A DNA stretch of 64,000 nt. It comes from Eledone cirrhosa. Lineage: Eukaryota. The DNA is taken from contig OZ024745.1 in the NCBI GenBank assembly GCA_964016885.1, positions 42,780,001-42,844,000 of the forward strand, in the 5' to 3' direction. The translations under genes were made by a program, and so were the position numbers. Below the pieces are notes generated by a model, which was not told the DNA's origin, searched no databases, and saw only the letters and a program-made list of their open reading frames with translations. Positions 42,409 through 55,920 of this stretch are shown here, piece by piece; within the stretch, counting starts at the first letter, position 1; each line of letters opens with the position of its first letter.

Positions 42409-43708
42409 TATATATATATATATATATATTCATATATATATATAATCATATATATATATATAATCATATATATGTATATATATTATATATATTATTATAT
42501 ATATATATATGTGTGGGGGAGGGGTATGAATATATATATATATACACTTCTCAGTCTCATTCTCGTAAACGATTTAGCCGATTGACACACAAATGTGCTC
42601 ATAAACACACATAACACACATATATATATACACACACAGACAGATCTTTCGTTCAGAGAAGCAGTGTGTGTTGATGCCAATGCAGTTCTTTCGTTTTGTG
42701 GTCGAGAAAACACGTTATTGTGCCACCATGTTTTTCCGTGCAGCCGCGCTCCGCCTCCGCCGTTCATCATCAGATTCTGTTATTAAATTTCTGATGACAC
42801 AGATGCTGTCTGCTTGTGGTGACATCTGCCGGCTGTTGACTAGTGACAAGGGCAGTGAATTACGTGTTGACATCACATCCGTATCGCGACCGTCAGCTTG
42901 ACGCGTATTGCTTGAGCGACATTTTCTACTTCCATTTGCATTTTATTTTCATAATGTTTTCTTGTTTTTCAATACAACGTGGAAAAGAAAACACTCACAC
43001 ACTCTGACACACACACATACATACACACACACATACACATGTATATACACACGCAAACACACACATATACATACACATACAAACACGTACACACATACAA
43101 CCTTACAGACACTGGCATACGCACATATATACACTCACATACCGCAATGGAGACACTCATACACACACTCACACACACACTCACACACACACTCACACAC
43201 ACACTCACACACACATACACACACTCACACACTCACACACACACTCACACACACATACACACACTCACACATACACACACTCACACACATACACACACTC
43301 ACACGCACATACACACACGCACACACACACACACACACTCACACACACACACACTCACACATACACACACTCACACACATACACACACTCACACGCACAT
43401 ACACACACTCACACGCACATATACACGCACACACACACACACTCACACACATACACACAGAGGAGAAAACATGAGCATTTAAAAATATAAACAACGATAA
43501 CAAAAATAAATCCTGAGAAAATAAAAAGGAAAACGGCAAATAAAAAGCAAACTGTTTCTTGAATGTCGGAAATTTGTAGAGGGTCAACGCTTAAAAATGA
43601 GGAAACGGCAAGAAGTCGGCCATGAAACAGAGCTGGTAGAATTGATGGTAGAATATATCACAAAAACATACATACATGCATATATATATGTATATATATA
43701 TATATGTA

Positions 43709-43757
<49 letters not shown>

Positions 43758-43781
43758 GAGTGTGTGCGTGTGCAAATGTAC

Positions 43782-43859
<78 letters not shown>

Positions 43860-43945
43860 CAAGTAAGTATGTATATATATATATATATACATATACACAC
43901 ACACACACATATATATATATATAATACATATATATATATATATAT

Positions 43946-44010
<65 letters not shown>

Positions 44011-44081
44011 AAGTATATATATGTGTGTGTGTGTGTGTATGTATATATATATATACATATATATATATATGTATATATATG

Positions 44082-44138
<57 letters not shown>

Positions 44139-44809
44139 GTACACTTGCACACATACACGTGTATATATATATATACACACATACATACACTTACATACAC
44201 GCATACGTACATACACTTACACACACGAACCCGCACAAGCACACACACACATAAACACCTACACATACACATACGCACATACACAAATGCGCATAAACAT
44301 GCATTCACATATATATACGCCTAAACATGTTAACATGCAAATCGGATCAAACACGTACACACACAAACACACCAATAACACGCACACACAAACACACCAA
44401 TAACACACACACACACACATGCATACATTTATACATACGCTTACACAAATATACTCACATATATACATACTCGCACATGCATGTGAACACAAATGCATGT
44501 AAACACACATGCAGGCACACGCATATATTCCCTCGCACCCGAACTTACATAGAAACACATATACTTTTATATATGCAAGCACACACACAAACACAAGCGC
44601 GCATACAGAGATACATACTCACACGTTCCCAATACGCATATACATACACATACACATACACATAAATATACACATACGTATACATTTAGACAAACCCATG
44701 CATATCAAAGACATATGCACTCATAAACATCTACACACTCGCACGAACATACACACACACACACACACAACATATACACTGGTACACACATTCCCACAGA
44801 CTGGACGTT

Positions 44810-45150
44810 GCATGGCTGAATAATTAAGATGTCCACTTCCCAATAATTAGGTCTCGGGTTCGATCACATTGTGTGAGACCTTGAGCAAGTTTCATTTACC
44901 ATAGCCTCGGGTTGACCCATGTCTTGTAAATAAAATTGGATAAACAGAAACTTTTTGGAAGCTCGTCGGATAGACTGTACTTGTAATTACAAGGTCCAGC
45001 CTTGTAACACGCCGTGTCACGCTGAATCTCCCTGAGAATTACGCTGAGAGTAAACATGTATGTAGAATACTCAGCCACTTATAAGTTAATTTCATGGGCA
45101 GGCTGCTTTGTTGATCGAAGAATAGGAATACTCATCGTCGAAACCGACCG
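44810..45150 (+). mobile_element. tRNA-derived SINE, family 2 (CORE-like)
   Basis: tggctgaataattaag (A-box-like), gggttcgatc (B-box), accttgagcaagt CORE-like segment; other copies at 22520, 49295, 51470, 59080. Confidence 0.75.
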
Positions 45151-45172
45151 ATATCCAATCCACTCATTTCTC

Positions 45173-45207
<35 letters not shown>

Positions 45208-45210
45208 ATC

Positions 45211-45245
<35 letters not shown>

Positions 45246-45294
45246 CTCTATCTGTGTGTCTCTCTCTCTCTCTCTCTCTCGCTCTCTCTCTATT

Positions 45295-45329
<35 letters not shown>

Positions 45330-46127
45330 TACGTAGGCAGATACATATACACGAACACACACTCGTACAAATGCACATACACACGTACACTGATGCATGT
45401 CAAAGGCACACAAAAATCTACACAATCACTCACACATTCACACAAATACATACACATACATTTACATATACACTCACACACATTCACACAAATGCATACA
45501 CATACACTCACACACATACACTTACACACATACACTTACACACATACACTTACACATACATATACGCTCACACAAAAATACTTTCTAAGATTAATTAAAT
45601 TTGTAGAAGCAATTTTTTATCTCTGCCCCACCAACACCACCAGCACCACCGCCACCTCCACCGTCACAGCCACCACCACAGCCACCACCACTAGCACCGC
45701 CATTTATTATCACCACCATCACCACCATCGTTATCACTGCTGCCACCACCGCCATCATCACCGTCGCCAGCGCCACAATCATTACCACCGCCACCACCAC
45801 TAACACTATCACTACCAACGTCATCACCACCACCACCAACACTATCACGACCATTTATTACCTTCGCCACCACCTCTATTACCATCACCCTTCCCACCAC
45901 TTTCACTATCTCACTCACTACCACCAGAACCTCTCCCCTCACCAACACCACCACCACAACCATCACCACCACCACATCCAACCGAAACTATCCACTGCCA
46001 TCTTTTCAATCACCATAGTCATCATCCCTATCGCCAGTTACCACTGTTGTCAAATGTAGACCTGCAAAATTAGTAATAAGCCCTGGCGAGTTGTGAAATG
46101 TCGACATCCGGATCTGGCAATGGACCC

Positions 46128-46790
46128 AGAACAGATGTAAAATGAAGCTCATCCCCAAACTAGTAATAGTCCTAGAACAGATGTAAAATGTAGCTCATCC
46201 CCAAACTAGTAATAGGCCTAGAACAGATGTAAAATGTAGCTCATCCCCAAACTAGTAATAGGCCTAGAACAGATGTAAAATGTAGCTCATCCCCAAACTA
46301 GTAATAGGCCTAGAACAGATGTAAAATGTAGCTCATCCCCAAACTAGTAATAGGCCTAGAACAGATGTAAAATGTAGTCCATTCCCAAACTAGTAATAGG
46401 CCTAGAACAGATGTAAAATGTAGCTCATCCACAAACTAGTAATAGGCCTAGAACAGATGTAAAATGTAGCTCATCCCCAAACTAGTAATAGGCCTAGAAC
46501 AGATGTAAAATGTAGCTCATCCCCAAACTAGTAATAGGCCTAGAACAGATGTAAAATGTAGTCCATTCCCAAACTAGTAATAGGCCTAGAACAGATGTAA
46601 AATGTAGCTCATCCCCAAACTAGTAATAGACCTAGAACAGATGTAAAATGAAGCTCATCCCCAAACTAGTAATAGGCCTAGAACAGATGTAAAATGTAGC
46701 TCATCCCCAAACTAGTAATAGGCCTAGAACAGATGTAAAATGTAGTCCATTCCCAAACTAGTAATAAACCTGGAACATATGTAAAATGTA
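46128..46790. repeat. 46-bp minisatellite, ~14.5 copies
   Basis: Unit agaacagatgtaaaatgtagctcatccccaaactagtaataggcct; degenerate units on both flanks. Confidence 0.95.
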
Positions 46791-47144
46791 ACCCCCTCCT
46801 CAAGAATTAAGCGAAGCCCAGATGAAAAATGTGGTACACCCTAAGCTTGTAATAGGCTCAGGTCAAATATAATGTGTAGGTCCCGTTTTAAAATACTCGA
46901 TGGTTTAATTACACTGGTCAACAACCAAAATGCTTCTGAGACCAGAGTGACTATTTCAAACAAATGTTAGGTCGCTAATAATGAATATCGTGGTTAAAGC
47001 TGTTAGCGCTACTTTTCAACATACGTCTACGTGTCACAGCAGGTTCCAACGGAATTGACGCAATTTCTTACCAAACTCACAGTCCTACTGCCCTTCAGTA
47101 TATATCTTTATACCCACAACCGATAATTATCAGTTGTGGGTATA

Positions 47145-47185
<41 letters not shown>

Positions 47186-47360
47186 GATAACAAAATATCG
47201 TTAGAGGTAATCCATGATCAGTGAAACAATTGTTAGACTGCAAATAAATCCCCTTTTTTGTACTGTTGACCATGTTGTTCTCCACTTTTTCAATTTTTAT
47301 ATATATATATATATATATATTCCAAATATTAACAAAATAGATATTCTTGTGATCAATTAA

Positions 47361-47425
47361 ATTTTATTATACATATTTCAGAGGTACTGAATTAAGTTCA
47401 ACAGTACGTCCTCATCAGATAAAAT
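47361..47425 (-). ncRNA. type I minimal hammerhead ribozyme (family C)
   Basis: Minus strand: attttat-CTGATGA-ggacgtactg[12 nt]cagtacctct-GAAA-tatgta-TA^-ataaaat. Confidence 0.8.
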
Positions 47426-47519
47426 AAAATGATACATGACATACCCTGACATGGTAGATGGTTAAGATTTAATCAAGGTAGTGATATAAAAGATATAAAA
47501 TATATATATATATATATAA

Positions 47520-47665
47520 GTTTATCCCGGGTTCAATCGGGGTAACCACAGTAAGGTACTCAATACACAGCAAAGTATAAATATTTAATATAGAATTGGC
47601 TTCTACAAGACTAGAACTGTTTCATTTCTCCCGAATGAAACAATTCTAGTCCTGTAGAAGCCAAT

Positions 47666-47674
<9 letters not shown>
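47520..47674. mobile_element. family B palindromic element centred on hammerhead stem II
   Basis: ...ctagaactgtttcatt-tctcccg-aatGAAAcaattctagtcctgTAgaag...; long left arm carries the family B tail. Confidence 0.75.
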
Positions 47675-47725
<51 letters not shown>

Positions 47726-47737
47726 TTAATATAGATG

Positions 47738-47788
47738 AGATTCTACAGGACTAGAACTGTTTCATTCTTTAGAAATCATCAGCAATCT
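47738..47788 (-). ncRNA. type I hammerhead (family B), first stem I pair mismatched
   Basis: agattg-CTGATGA-tttctaaagaat-GAAA-cag ttctagtc ctg-TA^-gaatct. Confidence 0.65.
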
Positions 47789-48003
47789 GGGTATCAAAAA
47801 CTAAGTAGGAGAGGGTAGGGAGTGGGATGGGTAGAGGTCATTGGTTGATAGAAAAGGGAATTCATTAAAAGCTAATTCTTCAAAGCAATTAGCTTTTAAT
47901 GAATTCCCTTTTCTATCAACCAATGACCTACACCCATCCAACTCCCTACCCTCTCCTACCACCTGAAGAGACCTATAAATACCATACTTATTTGTTGATA
48001 CCC

Positions 48004-48054
48004 AGATTCCTGATGATTTCTAAAGAATGAAACAGTTCTAGTCCTGTAGAATCT
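48004..48054 (+). ncRNA. type I hammerhead ribozyme (family B)
   Basis: agattc-CTGATGA-t ttc taaa gaa t-GAAA-cag ttctagtc ctg-TA^-gaatct; 6-bp stem I, 4-bp stem III, predicted cut after 48048. Confidence 0.8.
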
Positions 48055-48629
48055 CATCTATATTAAAACTTTTATACTCTGCAATGTATTGAGTACCTTA
48101 CTTACTGTGGTTACCTCCGACTCAACCCGGAATAACGTATATATATATATATATCATCATCATCATCGTTTAACGTCCATCTTCCACGCTAGCATGGGTT
48201 ATATATATATATATATATATAGTGTGTGTGCGCAATGTACTTAGAAGTACCAGAACAGATTAAAAGAACTAGGACTTGTGATATGTGGACCTATACCAAT
48301 TGGATGACCTCTTCCACCACAGCTCTGGCCTGGTTCCATTACAACAATCATCATCATCAACACCACTAGAACTGACAGCACCCAGTTGAGTAATCCTAAT
48401 GTCAAGAGGGTCTTTGAGAGGAATTTTATCAGGGTGTACGAAGTTTTAGGGGGTGAGGTGGAGAATTCCTTCAATGTATATGCTAGTCATCAGTATATGG
48501 AAACATTTACTGAGATCACAGGAAATACGTGGATAGGCTGACTGTGAAGGAGGATGCTAAAGCTGTGAAATCTTGCATGCATTAATTTCAACTCTTCTTA
48601 TTGGTGGCAGCGGAAGCAACAGCAGCAGC

Positions 48630-48687
<58 letters not shown>

Positions 48688-50876
48688 AAGGCAAAGAAGA
48701 CCGCGAATTTTCTAAACCAAAAATCAAAACAATAAAGGCAGACATACATTACACACAGACAGACTGACAGACAAACAGACAGACAGACTCCCACACAGAC
48801 AGACAGGCAAACAAGATGTTAAAGGTTAACAAAAAAGTGACACAAATAATAAAGTATGTGTGAGGTGACGTGTCGGGGAAGAGAGGAGGTAGCCACACCC
48901 GATGTTACCACGTGTCTTTGTGGTATTGCAATGACACTAATGGTGATTTGTTTCTCGTTGCTGTTTAAGCGGTTGGGAGGTTATTGTTGTTGATGTTTAT
49001 GCTGTCTTATTTTTACAGTTTTGCTTTAAAAAATATTATGGAAATGAGGAAGATTCTGGAGAGAAAAAAAGGATTATAACAGCTGATGATTTCCTTGATC
49101 CTATTTCCTGTTTCCAATTAATATGAAGTCCTGTGCCGTATGTATATTGGATGTGTGTGTTGTTGTGGGTGAGAGAGAGAGAGAGAGATAGAGAGAGAGA
49201 GGGGGAGATAGAGAGAGGGGTAGATAGAGAGAGAGAGGGGAGATAAAGATAGATAGAGAAAGAAAGAGAGGGGGAGAGGGAGAGAGAGAGAGAACGAGTG
49301 TTCCAGTTGTTTAACGAACTGTACTGCCTGCTCGTGAAATGAACGTGCAAGTAAAAGTAGCGGATCATTTAATAGACACGTATACCTGTAACAAAGTCCT
49401 CAGGGAGATTCAGCGTAATGCAATGTGACAAGGCTTGAATTACAGCTGCAACTCATTTTTTTTTTTTTTTTTCAACTGAGTGTACTGGAGCAACGTGAAA
49501 TAAAGTGACCACTAGCCACTAAGCTACATGCCTTAACACTTTACATTGGGCAGTGACGTACACCTGAAGTAAGCTAGAACTATTCGCGGTCTCAAATCTT
49601 CGCTAGTGTTCTTAGAGAAGGCATGGACGTCTCAACTTCCCAGTTTCATTCTCTACATATTTAAAGGATGGGACACCTGTTCGAAGTTGTTCGACTTGTT
49701 AGAAATATAAGTTAAATATCCTTTAAAACACAATCTACTGTAGCGGTTCCCAGCTTGTGATCCACGGACACCTGAAAGTAGCAAAGATAGTACGAGAGGG
49801 TAGGATCAGTGAGATTGTTATGTAGACAGACTTTTCAAATGTTTGGGGTCTGTGAAAAAATTCATTAAAATAAACGGTGTCGTAGTAGTGGAAAGATTGG
49901 AATGTTATTGCCCTACTGCCATTAAAAAATAAGACACGTCGTCCTAGATTCTCTGTTCGGAAACAAATGGTGTCTAGTGAGGGCAAGAACATATTTGATC
50001 CTAAGCTTGCTCGATCAGGCTTGACCTAGCGCTATACAATATAAAACTAGGGAAAAGAAACCATTATCAGTTGTGAATGATAAACATATTTCCGTGCGAT
50101 ATTGTGTCGTTATTATGAAGTGCGACAGTCATCACATGATTTAACGAAAAGTTGCCAAAAGCAACAACACAAAACAATATATACGTATGTCTTTTTTTAA
50201 TTTTTTTTTTATAATTTTCTTTATCTAATCACTCATATTTTTCGTGTAGAGTCATTTTCTTCACGTTTTGATTCTAAACTCAGCTTTTTTATTGTGCTTC
50301 GAAACTATTCAACAAACATATATCCGTTCACTGTCGCTATTTATTACCTCTCTATTTCCTGAATAAAAAAAAAGCCTTGCCGCTAACAACGTTGCCTTGT
50401 ATTTAACAGGGCTCTATAAAATATATACCATAAAAATACCATTAAAAAAAAAGAAATAGCCTTATGATCAAAAAGAAATCATAAATCTTGTGGAATGTAC
50501 ATTGATATTGTTTTTGTTGTTGTTATGGTTGTTCTTGTTTAATTTCAATTCGATCCTGATCGAGCATTTCTACATTCTCCAATATGCCCTTTCTTTTTTA
50601 AAATGACTAAAATGGGTCCCGATAGAGAATTAGATGCTATTTCTAGCAGGTTGAGCAATCGCATAGAGATTTCCTTGTTGGTTGGTCGTATTGTTTGTAT
50701 TAGCTTGTGTTGCGGAGTAAACTGTAAATACTTGGTAAATCTAGCAGACCAAGATTGTGAATCAGTTTCAATACCTGTTGTGACTCATTTTGTTTATATT
50801 GTTTACATTCTAGGGAAATGATAAATGTCGCCATGTTGTCCTTTAACATATAAATGATTGCATTAAATATCTTATA

Positions 50877-51035
50877 GTTTCTACATTTGGCACAAGGCCA
50901 ACAATTTGAAGGGAAGAAGAAAGTCGATTATATCGACACCAGTGCATTACTGGTATTTATTTTATCGACCTCGTAAGGATGAAAAACAAAGTTGACCACT
51001 GAGGGATTTGAACTCAGAACGTAAAGGGCCGTAAA
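50877..51035 (-). mobile_element. SINE family 1
   Basis: Central domain and B-box. Confidence 0.75.
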
Positions 51036-51469
51036 TTTACGTTTTGAGTTCAAATCACGCCGAGGAACCAGTTGACAAAAACCAATATGAGAAATCAGAA
51101 TTTGGATTATAACTAAATACAAGAAACTATCTGACCTTCTGATGATACCTCCACTTGTCTCTCCTCTTCTCGTCACACATATTGTGTCCACTACACATTG
51201 ACTATCGGTCCTCTGGATTTCCCTCCCACACAACCTTTTACCTGCAACCATCAACTTGCAACTATTCAAGGGGAACATTAACCACATCAATCTCACCAGT
51301 CATCGAAGGCCTGTAAAGGTCGTGGGCAAGAAGACCCCTTCATTCAGAACAATCAAATAAAATATTAACGTTAAAATGGTATCGATTTACAGTGAAGCAA
51401 GCAAGACTTTTGAAGAAATTAAATGTTTTTGCCAAGTGACATGACAGTTTACCAGGGAAAATGGGATGG

Positions 51470-51765
51470 ACCCTCTTCGTTTTCCACGATGAGTGTACAA
51501 GTTTTTAGATCAACGGAACAACCTGCTCAGGAAATTAACATGTAAGTAGCTGAGCATTCCACAAACTCTTAGAGTGACGCAGCGTGTGGAAAAGGTTGAC
51601 CGTTTAAATTACAGGTACAGTCCATCCGACGACCTTCCAAACAGTTCCTATCTACCCAATTTCACTCACAAGTTTTGGGTCGACATGAGGCTATGGAAAA
51701 TGACCCTTGCCCAAAATGCCTCCCAGTAGGATAGGACCTGAAACCTAATGATTGCGTAGCTGATC
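51470..51765 (-). mobile_element. SINE family 2 (diverged)
   Basis: Reverse-complement similarity to 44810-45150. Confidence 0.6.
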
Positions 51766-53017
51766 CATTTTACTCGTGAAAGGGATACAAACCGTTGATA
51801 TTTTGGCTAATAGGTTGATATCCTAACGATATGCCTATTTGCCACACTATATACGCCTTAATGACATACCATCATGTAGTCAAACACTCCCTAATTACAT
51901 ACATACACAAACATAATGACAGCCCCTTCATAAAAGTACTGCTTAACATTTACGCAAATATTGTGAGGATCCTGTTCTAAAGTTGCATAAGTTACATTGA
52001 TTCTTTCACACAATACTTCTCTTTCATTGCAAATGTTTTTTTAGAATATGATTCCATTCCTAATCTTTCCAAATATTTAAAGAAAAATAAAAGACTGAAA
52101 TAGAAGGAAAAAAAGGCTTAGAAATAAGAATAAAAAAATCAAATCAAAGAAGTGCCTAAAAAGCAATAACTGCCCCAAAGTGTTTCCGATCAATTTGGTG
52201 TTGGCACCGTATGTCTGCAAGCCGAGATCAGATTTTGAAACCATATCTGAATAAAATAAATATTGTAAGTCATGGTTTGTCTAAAACAAAATAAAAAAGT
52301 AATCGAAATTCCATATGAAACTCAATTAGTGTCTGTTATCCTGTTCTCCACACGATACTTTAGATAGCAGTCCTTTCAGTTTTTTTGTTGTTGTTTTTGT
52401 TGTTTTTTTCGTTATTTTTTCGTTATATCTTTAAACGTTTAATTTTTGCTGTTTACACAAAGCTACCTTAGTTTTTTCGACATTTAATACCCTAATACTT
52501 TTTTCTTCGTTGACATTCTCCTGTTCAAATTCTTGGCGGTTTTCATATTTTTACTCATCCTTACACTAAGTCACTCTTATACTTTTTTTGTCTCTCTTTT
52601 TATTTGTCTCTCTTTTTAGTTGTCTCTCTTTTTATTTGTCTCTCTGCGTTTATCTCGATCTCCCTTTTTATCTTTCTTTTCTATTCAGTTTTATATTTGC
52701 CTTTCTTTTGATTTTCTCTACCTCCTTCTCTCTATCGTCATATATAAAGTATTTTCTTCCGCCTTAGTTTTCCACCTACCTCGCCATCCAATGTTCTAAT
52801 ACACACTGAACAATAAATATTCTCTTTTACATCAACGAAACATCCCTATCTTGAGACAATTCAGAAAACTAGCTAAATTTCATAAGACCAGAGAATATCA
52901 TATATAAATACCTCACCTATCCACTTCAATCATTTTTCCTTCTTAACTAACGTTCATGTCTGCTGACCCGAAATGACCAGCAAGCTCTTTATTCTGGTAG
53001 TTATTTTTTCACTCAAC

Positions 53018-53158
53018 CTGTTCACATATGTGGTAGAGCGTGTCAAGGACGGCAAAGGCAGAAAGCAATCGGATCAAAACATTTCCGGTAGCGTTCATGT
53101 GATATTTGTCAAGTGGATAAACGACACAGCTACACAGATCCGACCACTTCACTGCCAT
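53018..53158 (-). CDS. possible first coding exon of an unidentified host gene (weak)
   Basis: 47 open codons MAVKWSDLC..NVLIRLLSAFAVLDTLYHICEQ ending at CAG|GTTGAG in unique, non-repetitive sequence; no homology recognised. Confidence 0.15.
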
Positions 53159-53391
53159 ATCGTATTCGATATTCACTGTAAGATGATCGGCCGTGAAGTT
53201 CCGGTGAAAAGAATTGCTGTTAGGTAGCGTTAGTAGTTGATGGAACTAAACCCGTTCGTTTCGCTACTACTCTCGCTTATGCTTTTACATAAAGAATGAC
53301 AGATTCTCTTCCGATCAGCAACATCGACACGAGTGTATGTTTGTGTAGTGAATACAATCTGCCGCCGTGTTTTCTCATAAAACGATAATGA

Positions 53392-53464
<73 letters not shown>

Positions 53465-53753
53465 CCCCGGTTTTTATTCATTTTCACCGTCTGATGCTGG
53501 TCTGAAATATTAAAGTTTTCAGCGTTTCCTATTCTGAGGAAAGACGCTTAATAAAAGACTTGTTATGGGAAATGAAAATACAACAAACGTCGATATCTAC
53601 CTATCTATATATGTGTGTGTGTGTCTTTGGGTGTGTGTGTGTCTGTGCGTGTGTGTGTGTGTGTATGTGTCTGTGCGCGTGCGCGCGCGTGTGTGTGTGT
53701 GTGTGTGTGTAACCTAATATACAATCTATCGAAGCTCAGTGTAATTTGAAATT

Positions 53754-53994
53754 CTTTGGGAAAATGTAGGAATCCCAAACGCAGAAGATAACTGCAACAA
53801 CATTCGATTGCTATACATAATAGCTTAGAAAATCGATTAAAATATCCTAGACACTTCCATGTGCGAAAAAAGTGTCCAATAGAAGCTTTGTGAGAGGGGG
53901 TGGTTCACAGAAGTATTTTACCCGATTTTTTAAGTTATTATTTATAGGAACCAACTGTTATTTTCTGCGTTTGGGATTCCTATGTTTTTCTAAA

Positions 53995-53995
<1 letters not shown>
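53754..53995 (+). repeat. nested inverted repeat / branched hairpin
   Basis: 53754-53792 pairs 53957-53995; inner stem and two terminal hairpins. Confidence 0.8.
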
Positions 53996-54085
<90 letters not shown>

Positions 54086-55213
54086 TAATCTATTTATTTA
54101 ATTCTTGTAGACATCGCCAGAATTCAACATTCAGAACTATATATAACTTATAATTATACTTATAATATTCCTATTAATCTCCATAACAATCTCATCTACT
54201 TGGTTTAATATATTGACATCTCTAAATCATATCTCTAACATTTGCTGTACTTCCATTTCTTAAAAATGTTCATATAATATATACGTATATAATTCTAATT
54301 TTTTAAATTTTAATTTTAATAATTTTTTATTTCTTTAAAAATTACCTATCTCTTACAAAATTTTTTTTTTTACTTTTTTAAATTTTCTCAAAAAATGTTT
54401 TCAAAATTTTTTCAATATTTTAAAAAAATGTTTTCAATATTTTTTTCAATATTTTTTAATATTTTTTCAATATTTTCTCAAGATTAATAACCATTAACTG
54501 ATTCTGGCTAAATGTATCTTAAACATCCATACTTATTTTGACTAAATAGTCTCACACTAACGAATAAATAAATAAAAGCGGAGTGTTTTCCTTATCTTCC
54601 CTTTTCAATCATATAAATATAAATATTCTTACTTAACTCAGTTAATTTAATTTAATTTAATTTAATTTAATTTTAAATCATTCTCAATTTTAAATACATA
54701 TTTATTTACATAAAATACAAAACCAATATCCCTCATAACTCATTAAAACAACTATCTATAACATGATATACCCATCTATTTATTTATTTATTTATTTATT
54801 TATTTACCTACTTATAACAGAAGAAAAATATTATATTATAAACAAATTTTAAACAACTAATAATCATAAAATATTCCTTTAATATAAATACACATAATAT
54901 TAAGATATATACTTACATATATACATAGATAATTGTTCGAATATATTTCCCTCAAATTAACGTTGTATGAGTTTTTTTATTCATCTTCGCTTTTTTCCTT
55001 CTTCTCTCTCTCACTATTTTGTCCTTCTCTCTTCTCTCTTCTCTCTCTCCATAGTCGTTTAAATAAACGGTTGTTTTTCAATTATTTACATATTCATTTG
55101 CATATTCACCCATAAGTTTGAAAAATCCCTAATACATTTCCACTATCCAGAGAATATCCAACTAATAAGGTATGATTTTCCTGGGTATGTCTCTATTTAT
55201 AAAACAAACTTTG

Positions 55214-55276
55214 TATTTTATCTGAAGAAAGCGTACCAAAGTGTTTTGGTACCCTTGAAATATATATAATAAAATA
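55214..55276 (+). ncRNA. type I minimal hammerhead ribozyme (family C-related) at the end of a ~1.2-kb AT-rich body
   Basis: tattttat-CTGAAGA-aagcgtaccaaa gtgt tttggtaccctt-GAAA-tatata-TA^-ataaaata. Confidence 0.8.
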
Positions 55277-55337
55277 AATATGGTTTTATAAATATAGTTT
55301 CCATTTATTTAATATCATTGTATATATATATATATAT

Positions 55338-55767
55338 CTAGGGCGGGTAAAATTCCCGAGATCCATGGACGAGTTCTCTCCGGCGGTCTCTGTCCCTCAT
55401 TATCGCTGCCATGTCCTGCGTCTCCAACAGACCAGTGTCTGTCCTTAGGGCATCAACATACGTTTACCTTGGTCTTCCTCTTCCAGTGTGTCCATGCAGG
55501 GGCTCCCACAGGAGCACTGAGTGCAGTGTCAACTCTGGAAGACCCGCTTCTTCATTGCTGCTGTACGGGTCCCAGACTTGGATACTGACCAAGAAACTCA
55601 CTCAGAAGGTGGATGGGTGCTACACGAGAATGCTGAGGATGGCTCTGAACATTAATGAGTATACACTGAGGATGAAAAACTCAGAGCTGTATGGGGGCCT
55701 CCCAAAAGTCAGCTCAAAAGTGACACAGAGGAGACTGAGGTCAGCTGGACATGCTCACCGACATCCA
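55338..55767. mobile_element. RTE-X-like LINE 3' fragment with 5' inversion
   Basis: 55338-55539 minus: PELTLHSVLLWEPLHGHTGRGRP..TYVDAL; 55540-55767 plus: LLYGSQTW..DGCYTRMLRMAL..RRLRSAGHAHRHP. Confidence 0.85.
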
Positions 55768-55832
55768 TATATATATATACATATAGAGAACATCGTTATT
55801 TTTCTCCCTCATATCAAGAATTTGAACACAAT

Positions 55833-55920
55833 TCATTTTCACCTGATGAGATCAGTGATAATCGATCATGGCTTCACAATCGATCTATCTCTTATTGAAA
55901 CATGTGTCGTGATTGAATGA
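55833..55920 (+). ncRNA. type I hammerhead ribozyme (family D), long imperfect stem II
   Basis: tcattt tcac-CTGATGA-[47 nt, atcgat/atcgat stem]-GAAA-catgtg-TC^-gtga ttg aatga; canonical GUC site. Confidence 0.65.

Larger units (their letters stand above)
47722..48136. mobile_element. family B palindromic element with a hammerhead in each arm
   Basis: Arms 47722-47877 and 47887-48070; right arm has an extra segment with TATAAATA and extends to the family tail; (TA)n flanks. Confidence 0.8.

Noticed and set aside
46128-46790. CRISPR-like regular array
   Set aside because: Units are contiguous and near-identical with no unique spacers; no cas genes; animal context.
52973-53227. 84-aa plus-strand ORF with hydrophobic N-terminus
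   Set aside because: No recognisable homology; length compatible with chance.
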